A DNA stretch of 64,000 bases, from positions 230,441,567 to 230,505,566 of the forward strand of contig NC_134837.1 in assembly GCF_004210375.1 (NCBI RefSeq), in the 5' to 3' direction. Source of the DNA: Tachypleus tridentatus (taxonomy: Eukaryota). Below the pieces are notes generated by a model that was not told where the DNA came from, did not search any database, and was given only the letters and a program-made list of their open reading frames with translations. A program made the translations under genes and the position numbers. Shown one piece after another: positions 41,801-53,075 of the stretch (the first letter of the stretch is position 1; every line of letters starts with the position of its first letter).

Positions 41801-42560
41801 GGTCTGCTTTCTGTGTTTGATCTCTTTTTGATGTGGTTTTCATTCTTCCCAACACTTCTTCCTCATCTTTCTCCAATTCTTCACATGGTTGTTTGTTGAA
41901 TACCTTCTGTTTCTCCAGATTTTATAAGGTTTTGTTTTTCCAGTCAGTTTATTCCTTTTTGTTCCTTTTATGATGTCCTGCTGTCCTTTTATGATCTGGC
42001 TGTATTTTCCTCTAGTGGATATTTTTTTCCTTACAGTCACAACTCTATGCACGTCTGTTATACTTTGAATGGAGTAAGCCTTTTCCCAATATTTCATTTA
42101 TGTTTTTTTTTTTTCAGGGACCTTTTGTTATTGCTAATGAGATCCCACTCTAAATCAAGTGTTGCCTAGTCATGGATGTTCTAACTCAGACATATACTGA
42201 TGGAACTATAATACTCATTGTAAAAATTGGGTATCCTACACAAACTAGTGACATGCCAATTGTTTAAACACACCAGAAACCATAAATTTCATTTAGTGGT
42301 GGATTGTCACTCATGAACTTTTTGTGAAAGAAGCAGGAAATTTCTGCCCATCCCTGCTGACCCTTTAATTACATAAATTTGGAAGGTCTGCTTTTCAAAA
42401 TAGATAATCATGGACACTCATTGCACTTTCGCTTGTGTGACATCCCTCTGAACTCCTGGCCATTTTTTTTTTTTCAAGTGGAGCACGGGATTCCTTACCA
42501 GTTCCTAGTCACTTGGGTGGTAGACCAAGGAGACTTTCTTCTGAATGTGAAGTAGAAATT
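38900..42560 (+). mobile_element. DIRS-like (tyrosine-recombinase retroelement) pol fossil, heavily decayed
   Basis: RT motifs in + strand translation include …YSHFYVVHKNTEHWRPVINL… (PIFVVPKK.G.WRPVI[DN]L) and DMMDIASHFHFYKIAPFSS (IDLKDAYFHIPIHP). LFGSLHSSSHESF corresponds to LPFGLSSAPRVF. The downstream motif VD.LFWPNKILLTEWSLDPWVFQW corresponds to VDLFA.R.N.KLP.F.SW.PDP. All of it is riddled with stops. An internal tandem duplication of about 135 bp lies at 39676-39950. Confidence 0.45.
40530..40810. repeat. Foldback (long inverted-repeat) element. The arms 40530-40640 and 40700-40800 are reverse complements.
   Basis: The reverse complement of …ctcagaatggctgttatggatattaacacttatttataaggagagaacaacattttgaccttcctaggtcatcttcaggttaag closely matches 40701-40800 (gaggatgacctaagaaggttgaaatgctgttctctccttatcag…cagctgttttgagat). 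The left arm and loop also occur as a direct copy at 63180-63370. Confidence 0.7.
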
Positions 42561-42649
42561 GTAATACAACTACGTGTTTATTCACTTATTGAGAAGAGGA
42601 CATAGCTAAGTTCCATTTCACCTAGATGCTTATTCCTAGATTGGTTGGA

Positions 42650-42960
42650 GTAGGATCAGCCTATGTGGAATCCTTCTCATAATGCTGGGTTCAGAATGAC
42701 ACTTCTATGTTCCTACTGTTAAGTGCAGAAGAGGTTTCCTCCTTCTTGTTAATTCTGGTTGCAGAAGGTTTCCTTTCTTGCTTGTAAAGTTGAGTTTGAA
42801 GGTTATTCTGCCTCATAATACTGCCAGTAGAACACACATTCACTGTTCCTACAGTTGAACAAATGTTCCATATCTTCCCCAAATGCAAGACATATCTTCC
42901 CTGATTATATGTTTGGGTGGGATACAATTTCTGCTCTTAATACCAGTTACTGTTTTTACA
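42650..42960. repeat. Repeat of about 300 bp, copy A, homologous to 46424-46700
   Basis: gggttcagaatgacacttc(t/c)atgttc…taataccagt is shared with about 80% identity. Together the two copies bracket the hAT fossil. Confidence 0.7.
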
Positions 42961-44049
42961 GTTGAGTTGAGGCAATGACACAACCCACATTGCTGGGTTT
43001 CGTTTATTGTACTTCTTGCTCATATGGTGGTTTTGGGAGTTTATCCAGTTTATGTCACTGTACTTTCATTTTTATCAGGATGATCCTCAGCCTTCTAAAG
43101 CTGATGACTGGTTTTGGAATCTTGTCTTTCCAGTTGAAGTTGAGTAGATAAATAGCTAAAGCTAGTTGTTTTTTCTTCATCATCAATTTTCTCAAACTGC
43201 CCTTTGACTTGCCTTTTCTTGTTTTGTAGATATTCAGTTAGTTTATGTTTCATAGAATGGATCTTCATCAAAAGGAACCATCTAATTTGTGTAATGGTGG
43301 ATGTTTCAAACTTGCTCCCTTTTTTTACTGTGGATTGCACCTCTTATAATATGCAGATTCTTTTGTTTTCACCTATATTAGGTTGATCTCCTCTTATGGG
43401 ACAAAGAGCATATCTGTTCAGTACTCTATTGGTTTTGTATCTGAGCACAGCAGTTATTTCTGGATGATCACTTTACACTTGGTTTACAGTTGGGCACCTA
43501 CATTGGTCCCTCCACCTTTTCAGTGTAGGATTTTTGCTTTGTGTGAGAAAAGTTAAGAATATTTTAAATGTTAACATTTTTTTACACTGAAATTTTGTGT
43601 CTGGTAGGTACTTATCTCTCACCCTTCCTCCTCACTGCGAATGTTATTCATTATAGGTTCTTCCACTTCCCACAAGTGAGGATTGATCAGGGATATGAAA
43701 TTGAGCTAGTTACGTCGATATTGGTGGCACAGTGCTGTTGGTGGAACTGTCACAAAAGTAGTGCAAAATTTGTGGGGCATATAGGTTAATGCAGCATATC
43801 CCAAACTTTCTTGGTTCACAGCATTCTTACTGTTTTAGAAATTTTTTCACAGTGCCCCTAGGCAAAAAGAAAAACCTAACAGTTCTGTTTATTAAGTAGT
43901 TAGGTCCGAACAACTTAATACTTCATAAGTATTTATGTCCTAACAACTTAGTACCTGTTTGAAAGAATAATACACGTAAATTGAAAGTGAAACAAATATT
44001 TGTATTTCATTTCTAAAAAACTATGATTACTGATGGAATGTGTGCACCT

Positions 44050-45950
44050 GTTGGGCACTGCACAGCTTCTCAAACCTTAGAATCAGATTGGACACCACCA
44101 CCCTCAATTCCTGTTCCACATTGTTTTTCGTATAGTACTTGCTTTTTATCATAGCAACCACCTAAAACTCAGCTTCTCAAGATATATGGTATTGCAAATG
44201 GAATTAGGATTCACTGAGCTTTAGCACTTAGCAGTGGATGTTCATCTTTTACTGATATCCAAACTCAGTTAGTTCCATGCTGCCAATTTTGTTTTTAAAG
44301 TCTTGTCACAAGACAGCTCAATAAGATTTTCTTCTTCTCCAAAGGTAAATTCAGATGGGGCCTTAGCCTTGAATGGGTCTTGGATCCATGCAAGCTTCTC
44401 CATATCATCTGGAAAGTAATTTTCAAACCAATCACTGCACTGTGTTAGGTACTCCTCAAAAACAGATTTTATTTTAGTCCATAGGTCAACTCAACTTTAT
44501 TGCATGTAACAAACTGCTGCAGCAGGGAGAAACAGTCTTTGCCACCATCTTCATTCATTTTTTTTTCTCCATAGTAATAACTTTTTTGAAGGCTGAAATC
44601 TTCTCTGCAAGTTTCAGAATGTGCGTGTTGCTTCCCTGCAGAGAGAGATTCAACGCATTCATTTTTTGAAGAGATCACACAGGTATGTTAATTTTGACAA
44701 AAAATAATCAGTATTCAAGAAGTTTTTAGTACATTCATGTTCTTCTTCGAGATAAGAGTAGAGTTCCTGTCATAATTCAAACACACGAGACAGTACATTT
44801 TCACGGGAGAGCCATCATGAATGAGGTACAGTAGTACAACAAAGATATGTGCTCAGATCCCATATCCTCACACAGTTTTTTAAAAAACCTTGCCTTCTGT
44901 GGCTGAGTTTTTATAAGGTTCACCACTTTCAACACACTTTCCAGGACTAGGTTCAGTAGAGGACTCAGGTGCTTTGATGCAAGGGCTTCCCTGCAGATTA
45001 TGCAGTGGGTCCACAGTGCATCAAGAGCTTTGCTTAGTATGAGTTCCCACAGTTCTCCATAACAGCCAGACATAGAGTGACCACCACAGGTACAGATGCC
45101 AATGCACTTCGTCCAGTCTAAGTTGTTTTCACACATAAAAGTGTCAAGGATCTCAAACAAGGCTTGAGCCTATGTATCTGTTATGATACTTTTACAAAAG
45201 AGAGGGTCTTCAATAATTTTGTCACCATCCATGGATCGTGTGTAGCAAATTAAACGAGCATCCTTGTTACTCTCCGTCACCTCATCTAGTTGTAACCCTA
45301 ATTCCTTCCCTTTCATTTTTTCAATTAGTTGATCGTTGAGGTCTTTGGCCATGTGTTTGATTCTACAACTGATAGTATTGTTGGATAAAGGCACATTTGA
45401 AAGCAGTTTTCCCACAGATTCACCAACCATAATGTTCACCATATCCACTGCAGCCAGTAAAATCAGTTCTTCTGTGATGGTGTGAGGCTTTTAACATTTT
45501 GCAACTCTATATGTCATCTTGTAGGATGCAAGCAAAGCATTGCTTGGTATTAATGCTTGTTTCAAAAATGTACCTTTTTGTTCTTTCAATTCTTTTAACT
45601 ATCTTGTAAAATAATCATGGGATTTACTAGCCATGTTTAGATGATTGGTCTTTAAGTGGCATTTTAGTTAACTTTGAAGCATGCACTCTTGAGCCAAAAC
45701 TTTTAGACATAATACACACTGTGGACACTCTTCATGATTGACATCTACCAAAATAAAACTAAAATCTAGATAACTATTGTCATATTTCCAATATTTCAGT
45801 TTCTTCTCAACTTTGCCACTTTTGCCATCCTTTTTTTCACTCACACACTTCTTATTAATGTTCAAAAATCTTTTCATTTTCATGCACAGGTACTAAAAAT
45901 CAACAAATTAATTCACTGAACTTTGCTAGGCCTCGCAGACACTTGATCAT
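44050..45950 (-). mobile_element. hAT superfamily, Buster/ZBED5-like transposase fossil
   Basis: Minus-strand ORFs in order: a BED-type zinc finger (KYWKYDNSYLDFSFILVDVNHEECPQCVLCLKVL, 45883-45668) and a middle fragment (DMVNIMVGESVGKLLSNVPLSNNTISCRIKHMAKDLNDQLIEKMKGKELGLQLDEVTESNKDARLICYTRS, 45448-45170). The next fragment is DNLDWTKCIGICTCGGHSMSGCYGELWELILSKALDALWTHCIICREALASKHLSPLLNLVLESVLKVVNLIKTQP…LCEDMGSEHISLLYYC (45160-44801). The hAT C-terminal dimerisation region is FENYFPDDMEKLAWIQDPFKAKAPSEFTFGEEENLIELSCDKTLK (about 44440-44290). The order and motifs match ZBED5/Buster. Frameshifts and stops show it is dead. Confidence 0.7.
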
Positions 45951-46359
45951 AACACCCTTCAGTTATTTTAATTACTGACATACCTGGAGAGTCAACAGGT
46001 GTTTAATTACAAAATCTAAGAAACAAGAAAGTTTGAGAAGTTACTGGCATAGCCAAAAGTACAAGTAAACAAAATATCTCAAACATTCGAAAATGTCATC
46101 AAAAGGAATGTAGTGTGATCTAATGTTAAAACTGTGAACTACCTCAAGCTAGTAGTTTGTGCTGTGTCTGACAGATGTCTGTATCACTGTGTTTCCCTTG
46201 AAAATTTGAAATATCCTACAGTGCCTCTGTAAGTTTGCTACAGAGTACAGTTTGGAAACCACTGAGCTAATGCATCAAAATGTTTTATCAAGGCTTAGGG
46301 AGCAGAAAGAAGATGGAGGTAGCTCTGTAAGAGGAAGTAAATACCTACTGGAAGTAAAT

Positions 46360-46750
46360 TTTCATTGTAAGAAAATACTGACCTCCTTTTGGTTAATGTC
46401 CTTCCAGTACCTTAATCTCTAATCTGGGTTCAGAATGACACTTCCATGTTCTTAAAGTTGAGTGCAGAAAAGGCCCCCGCTTCTTATTAATTCTGGTTGC
46501 AGGAGGTTTTTCTCCTTGCTTGAGAAGTTAAGTTTTGGGTCTTCATCTGCCTCATAATACTGCTGACAGAACACATATACACTGTTCTTACAGTTGAGCA
46601 AATGTTCTATATCCTGATTATAATTCCAAGTAGAGGACATATCTTTCCTGCATTTATGTTTGGGTGAGATACAGTTTCTGCTCTTAATACCAGTGTAAGG
46701 ATATATTGACCTCCTTTTGGATGATATCTTCTCAGTATCTTAATTTCTGA
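46360..46750. repeat. Repeat of about 300 bp, copy B, with a partial tandem second unit (about 1.2 units)
   Basis: 46424-46700 is homologous to 42656-42960. The leader gtaag.aaatactgacctccttttgg…taatct recurs at 46360 and 46694. Confidence 0.65.
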
Positions 46751-48104
46751 TCTTCTAATTTATTAAGGAAAAAAAAACCTTATATGTAAGTAAGTTGTTA
46801 ATATTATGCAAAAACAGTGAAGGGAAGGTCACTGTGTTGCAACATGTTATCTGTTCCGGGATTACACTTGCATGTGTTCAGAAGCCAGTGCTATTGTTTG
46901 TTAGTCCTTAATGATAACTCTCATTTAATATATATGTGCAGTAATAACACCTCTTTTGGAATAGTTAAAGTGCATGAGTTTCTGGCTTATTAGTCCACTT
47001 CAGTTTTATAATTATGGCATCAGCCAAATCCTACCTACGTAATATTTATGGTGTTGAATAAATTAAAAGAATGAAAGACAAGAAACAAAATGTGTTTGTT
47101 GGGTAAAATAACCTTTGTATGTATAAAATAAAATATTATCATAAATGGTGCTTAGGCCTTTCAGTTCATGATAACTGACTTCTACTGCATCATAACTGAA
47201 GCATTATACTAGTTAGTATCCTGACATTGTATGCAATGAAACTGTTATATCAGAGACCTTAAGATACTTATGATTGTTGGGAGACCTCTGAAATAGTGCT
47301 CATATTAAGGGGGGAAGAAGGTGAATGCAATTTTATTATTAAAATAAATATCAGTTTTGCACCCTTTTTAACAAACTTGTGCATTTATTATTTCGGTAAT
47401 TTGAAAGGTGGTTTTTAGTTTGCTCTTAATTTATGTTTTATACAAATTAAAAATACAGTTAATTTTTTAGCATATATGTATCTATAACAGTACCAGTGTA
47501 GAGAACTCTTTAGTTGTGTATCTATACCTGGAATTCCTCTTATTGTGTAGTTTGAATATTTCATGAAAATGGTATTAGAAATATATAAAAGAGAAAATGA
47601 TAATTGTAAAAGCCACAGAAGTAGAACTAATATGCAAATGTGTTTACTTATTGACTTGGCATAATATATTTTCAAAACACTTGAGTTTCAAGTAGTAAAT
47701 AATAGCACTGATTTGTTAGCTGTATATACATTTTATAATCGAAATTTGATCAGTTCAAGGGAGGCATCTTTTATGTTTAAGGTTTATTTGGGATATTGTT
47801 TAACTACGTGATTATATGGGATATTGTTTTTGGGATTCTTGGTTTAAAGATTTTATTGTTTAGTAGTATTATTATGAGACTAATTAATGTATTTTTTTTC
47901 CAATGCTCTATATAGTTATATCAGTTGTTTTCATTTTTCTGAATTGTGATGTACTCTGTTAATAAGATGAACATTTAAATAACAGTATAGAACTGTTAAT
48001 ATATTTTGTTTTAGAGTTAAAGGTTGGATATCTTAAAAAAATATTGAAGACAGTATGCTCTCGTGACTAGTCAATTGTTCACTGTGAAAAAAAAATTATT
48101 TTAG

Positions 48105-48287
48105 GTTCTCCATAAATTAACAGCTCGATCAGTCATTTATGACTGGGAAGAAGGTTTACTGGATGAGAACAGAATAAAACAATTAACAAAGAAAAGAGAA
48201 CAAGAAGAAGAAATTGTTGACATGAGTACCAAGTTTGGCATTGTATGCAGCCTTACGAGTTTTGTAGCTATAGAGGAAAGATCTGAG
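48105..48287 (+). CDS. VWA5A: Coding exon 10 (VLHKLTARSVIYDWEEGLLDENRIKQLTKKREQEEEIVDMSTKFGIVCSLTSFVAIEERSE)
   Basis: Acceptor attttag|GTT at 48103-48104 and donor GAG|gtaagt at 48288. It is 183 bp, phase 0. It resembles the VWA5A segment ..IHRLAAKSLLQTKD....SGVISSFTAFIAINKE as recalled. Confidence 0.7.
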
Positions 48288-48639
48288 GTAAGTTTCACAA
48301 GTTAAATATGTTAATGTATTATTATGAGAGCAATAATGTGATTGATATTTATATATAAACTATGCCTTTATGATTTATCTTAATTCTCTCTTTTCTCAAG
48401 CTCTTGTAGTTATCCTTCTACTAATGACATTATCATGATCTTACTTTTAATGTACAGTTACTGCCTAGCATAAGGTTTGCATGGAGAAACATTTGTTACA
48501 TTGACTACACTGTATGATTATTAACACTTTTCTACAGACATCTTTTTATGTGTATGTGATGAGGTTCTAGTGAGTTACATTGAAAGTTTAATTAAGCTAC
48601 TTTCTTTTTATGGTATTTGAATAAATTTAGCATAAAAAC

Positions 48640-48990
48640 ATGGGTTTAATAATACACATTTTTATAGTATACAAGTTTTAAGTTCTTAATTTTATATGGC
48701 AATATTAAACAAAATCCTTACAAAATGACATAAGGGAGTGTGTCAAGAGGACATACAGAAAAAAAACAATGATGAATGTATGTCATAGTTTAAATAATGC
48801 ATATTCATAGTACACTATTTTAAGAACGTAAAACTTGTATACTATTAAAGTATGGATTATTAGCTTAGAATTAATGTAATATACTAATTGGTATAAGATA
48901 AACAAAAATACTTTAATAAAATTTTGAAGATGTTAAAACTTTGTGTTACATGCAGTAAATGATCCCCAGGGTGAGAGGATTAATTAAATA
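48640..48990. repeat. Dispersed repeat family, partial copy 2
   Basis: Similar to 50470-50650 and 1420-1600 (…aaaacttgtatactattaaagtatggattattag…ttgaagatgttaaaactttgtgttacatgcag…). Confidence 0.5.
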
Positions 48991-50220
48991 AAAAATTACT
49001 TAATGCATTTATACCATTAGTATTAAAAATCAGGGTCAAGTGTCATTGAAAGGCAAAGGCATAAAAAAAGAAGACCCAGATGATACTTTATTATTATTAT
49101 TATAAGAATAACTAAATGTTAAAATTGGTAACTTTTTAGTTAAAGTAAAATAAATAATAATAATAATTTCTCACAAGGCAAAATTGCAATTAGTCCATGT
49201 GCTACATAATTTGAAATTGTAATGTGAGCTCTGTGTTCACCATGTTGTTTATAACTTGTATGAATATTAGTTAGATGGAGTTCAAAGGGCAATAAAATGA
49301 TGAAAATTAATTATAAATAGATGTATACTGTCACATGCTTAACACCAGTTAGGATAAACAAATGTAGTTACATGTTACACTTTGAGGTATTTCAAGGAAT
49401 TTAAAAAATGGTTAATTTGAATTTATTTCATATTTTTGGTGGTCAAATTGACAAACCTTCTTAATAATTAGGGCAAAGATAAAAACACATAAAATATAAA
49501 GTTTTTACTAAAAAAATATTTAAAATTTATTGAGATTTTAGAGTTTACACAAATGAAATTTGAGATTTTTAAGATGAAGAAAAGTACTTTAAATCTTAAC
49601 ATGGAAATCAGTTGTACTCAGAATAGTCACAAAAAAGACTCAGTATGCTCAAAGATAAATCTTTAGTAAAAATACCTCATTGAAAAACCTAATTTTTTGT
49701 GTACCAAAGATTTGTAATGTTTAATGAAAGTCTATTAAATTTTGTGAAGATACACATACTGTATTTAGAGTCATAGTATGGAAACTATATACTCATAACT
49801 AACCAAAAGAGTTTCTTATTTTTATAATAATAAATATAAAGATAGAAACCTTTTTTATAATAGTAAATAGAAAATATGCATGGAAGACTTTTTCTTTTCT
49901 GTTGACTGTTAAACAGATATGCCTATGTTTATTATAATAATTGTAGTAGTACATTAAGTCATTTTTATTTCATTAAATAATATACCAAAGAACCTAAAAT
50001 AGTAACATGCAAAAAGCAAACAATGACCCTAGACTATCACAACTTTTCTGGCTTTTTAACAGTGTGACAGGAGTGAATACAAATTCATCCAAGCTAGTCA
50101 TTGTGTTCCTTGTGAAATGAAACTTGAACTAGCAGCAAAGTACAGTTTTCTGTCCAGAAAACAGTGTAATATAATATAGTTTTCTGTTGGTTATAAATTA
50201 TATAGTATTATATGTAAGAA

Positions 50221-50650
50221 AAGAACTATTGACAAATCCTAAAAGAGAGGATGTGACAAGTGGGTGTGCCAAGAGAGATTGGGTTTTCTATCTGGAGGCT
50301 CTGTTACTAAATAAGATTGAAGGCTATAAAAAAATATGCTTCACCCAAGTAATGACAGTATTATAGTAAACAATTTACATTAAATTTCTTACTTCTTGGA
50401 GGGGTGGTAAGTAAATGAGAGAAGAGAAAAATGTTATAATTCTCACACTAGGAAAAATTCAGTTTTTTTGTTTTTCATAATACCTTTTAAAATTAAGAAC
50501 TTAAAACATGTATAACATTAAAATATGGATTTTTAGGTATGTTTTACACTATAATTAATAGTATATCATGAACAGAAGTTAATTAAATTTTGAACAAAAC
50601 TTGCTGAAACTTTGTGACATGCAGAAAAAAGATGTCTGTGGCAAGAGAGT
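50221..50650. repeat. Dispersed repeat family, copy 3
   Basis: Collinear similarity to 1160-1600 across about 430 bp. Confidence 0.6.
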
Positions 50651-51429
50651 TAATGTCATCTGCTTAGAACACTTCAGTACTCTTGATGTTTTTTAATGGA
50701 CCTATCTTCTCTATGGTCCTTTATTTGATTAATTTGTGTCTGACATATCTGATATCTGTTGTTTAAGGAAGAAATTTATCTTATTACATAATTATTTTTT
50801 TTTCCTTTACTCTTTTTATCATTTCCTTTTTTCCTTTAGAACCAAGTATAAAGAATATGGCATAGTACCTTAATTAATAATAATAATAAAAAAGTAGGTA
50901 AACACCAACAGTAAGCAAGGAGAAAATTGCAGACATACAACTATACTATATACAATAAATGCTTCTACGGAACTGTACAGAGTATATTCAAACAGCATAA
51001 CTTAAAATCAGAAGAGTATCCAGAACCCACAAAACAATAGTTAAAATTAGTAGATGCTAAACCATCTGCAGACACAGTGGAGAATAAAAACACTATTCAC
51101 AGCACACCTTTTTTGAATGTGGACTCTGGCATAAATAAGAGAAAGAAAAAAGACCCTCAGAATTCTTAATTTAGAAGCATAATAGATATACAAGATTATA
51201 ATATTAATCTATCTGCAACAAATTGTTTAATGAAAGATTATCACACAATAATACTGAATAATACAGAAATAATGAGACATGCACCATATACCAGAAAAAA
51301 GAAAGATAAAAAAAAGCCTTGTATATCTGGCTACATGACAACACACGCCTTCTCATAAGTGTCAACATTGAAATCATTCAACTAATTGATTAGTCTCTAG
51401 TGGAGGAGACCCTAGTCTGTTAGATAGCG

Positions 51430-51760
51430 TTGGATTGTATTTTATAAATAATATTAGTGTTGTGTTTGTCAGTATAGGCCCAGCATGGTCAGGTGGTTAA
51501 GGCACTCGACTCGAAATCCGAGGTTGGAGGTTTCAAATCCCAGTCGCACCAAACATGCTCGCCCTTTCAGCTGTGGGGGCACTATAATGTGACGGTCAAT
51601 CCCACTATTCATTGGTAAAAGAGTAGCCTGAGATTTAGCGGTGGGTGGTGATGACTAGTTGACTTCCCTCTAATCTTACACTGCTAAATTAGGAATGGCT
51701 AGCGCAGATAGCCCTCGTTTAGCTTTGCACAAAATTCAAAACAAACCACACAAACAAAAG
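51430..51760 (+). mobile_element. tRNA-derived SINE, copy 1
   Basis: The head is tRNA-like with Pol III A-box-like TGGTCAGGTGG and a B-box-like GGTTTCAAATCC (GGTTCGAATTTCC in copy 2). The body aligns over about 300 bp with 63660-63990 at about 80-85% identity. Confidence 0.75.
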
Positions 51761-52409
51761 ACAGTTTTGAGTACTGGCTCTTATTGTTGCTAACTGTTCT
51801 TCTCATGATTTTCCTGAAGACTTTAGCAGATTACTAGCAAAAATATAGGGTAGGAACTAATTTGTATCCATTGAAAGAAATTAAAAATATACAAGTAGTA
51901 CGAATTTAATCATCATACTCAGGTGGCCATATAGATTACTAACCATGATAGTGACTTTTATTTTAATTTTCTACTTTATTTTTCTTCTTGTGAATTTAAT
52001 GCATCCTTGGGAGAATATTCTCCTCCAAAAATTGCACTGAAGAAAATTCTTTCCAAGCGGTTCAAAATATTAAGCTGTTTCCATTCATTTAAAAATCCAA
52101 CGAGAAAGCACACAATGAATCTGAGGAAGTGAGCAGTTAGAAATCACTTCTTAATGTGATTCCTATTAAGTATAATATATTTCTTTGTTGTTTTATGAAG
52201 ATCATCATTATACCAGTAAAGTGAAGACCTAGTTTTGATTTGGCTGCCTGTAGCTAGTTTAAGAACATCAGTTTTCTGGAAGTGTTTTCAATCCAGGTTA
52301 TCCTTAATAAAACAGAAGTGGGTGATAAACCAATACTGTTATGTTTTGATATTCATCTTGATTACTGTATCTTGTTCTAAACCAATTTCATACCAAGGAA
52401 CTTTATATA

Positions 52410-53075
52410 TCAACATTTTGTTTACAGCATATGTTCTAAACCATTTTAATGTCAGGGTGCTGTATGTGTCAACATTTTGTTTACAGCATATGTTCTAAAC
52501 CATTTTAATGTCAGAGTGCAGTATGTATCAACATTTTGTTTACAGCATATGTTCTAAACCATTTTAATGTCAGGGTGCTGTATGTGTCAACATTTTGTTT
52601 ACAGCATATGTTCTAAACCATTTTAATGTCAGAGTGCAGTATGTATCAACATTTTGTTTACAGCATATGTTCTAAACCATTTTAATGTCAGGGTGCTGTA
52701 TGTATCAACATTTTGTTTACAGCATATGTTCTAAACCATTTTAATGTCAAGGTTATGTATGTATCAACATCTTGATTACAACATGTTTTTGTAAACATAA
52801 TTTCATGTCAGGACTCTATGCATCAACATCTTGATTACAACATGTTTTTGTAAACATAATTTCATGTCAGGACTCTATGCATCAACATCTTGTTTACATA
52901 TTTTTGTAAACATAATTTCATGTCAGGACTGTAGGTTTCAACATCTTGATTACAACATGTTTTTTAAACATAATTTCATGTCAGGGCTCTGTATGTATCA
53001 ACATCTTGACTGCATGATATTGTTATAAACTAATTTTATGCTAAGACTTTGTATGTATCAATAACTTGATTACAA
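52410..53075. repeat. 59-bp minisatellite/satellite array of about 11 units, with two subfamilies and 118-bp higher-order periodicity
   Basis: The unit tcaacattttgtttacagcatatgttctaaaccattttaatgtcag(g/a)g(t/a)gc(t/a)gtatgt(g/a) has a 59-bp period (52410, 52469, …). Units alternate between ggtgctgtatgtg and agtgcagtatgta variants. From about 52766 the array switches to a diverged subfamily tcaacatcttgattacaacatgtttttgtaaacataatttcatgtcaggactctatgca. Confidence 0.9.

Noticed and set aside
51481-51560. tRNA gene call from the tRNA-like segment (also at 63706-63790)
   Set aside because: The segments are the 5' heads of two diverged SINE copies. The acceptor and T stems do not pair cleanly, and each is followed by about 250 bp of SINE body. 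They are not bona fide tRNA genes.
52410-53075. Regular repeat array that superficially resembles a CRISPR locus
   Set aside because: Units are contiguous 59-bp repeats with no unique spacers, have higher-order 118-bp structure, and sit in a eukaryotic intron. This is a satellite or minisatellite, not CRISPR.
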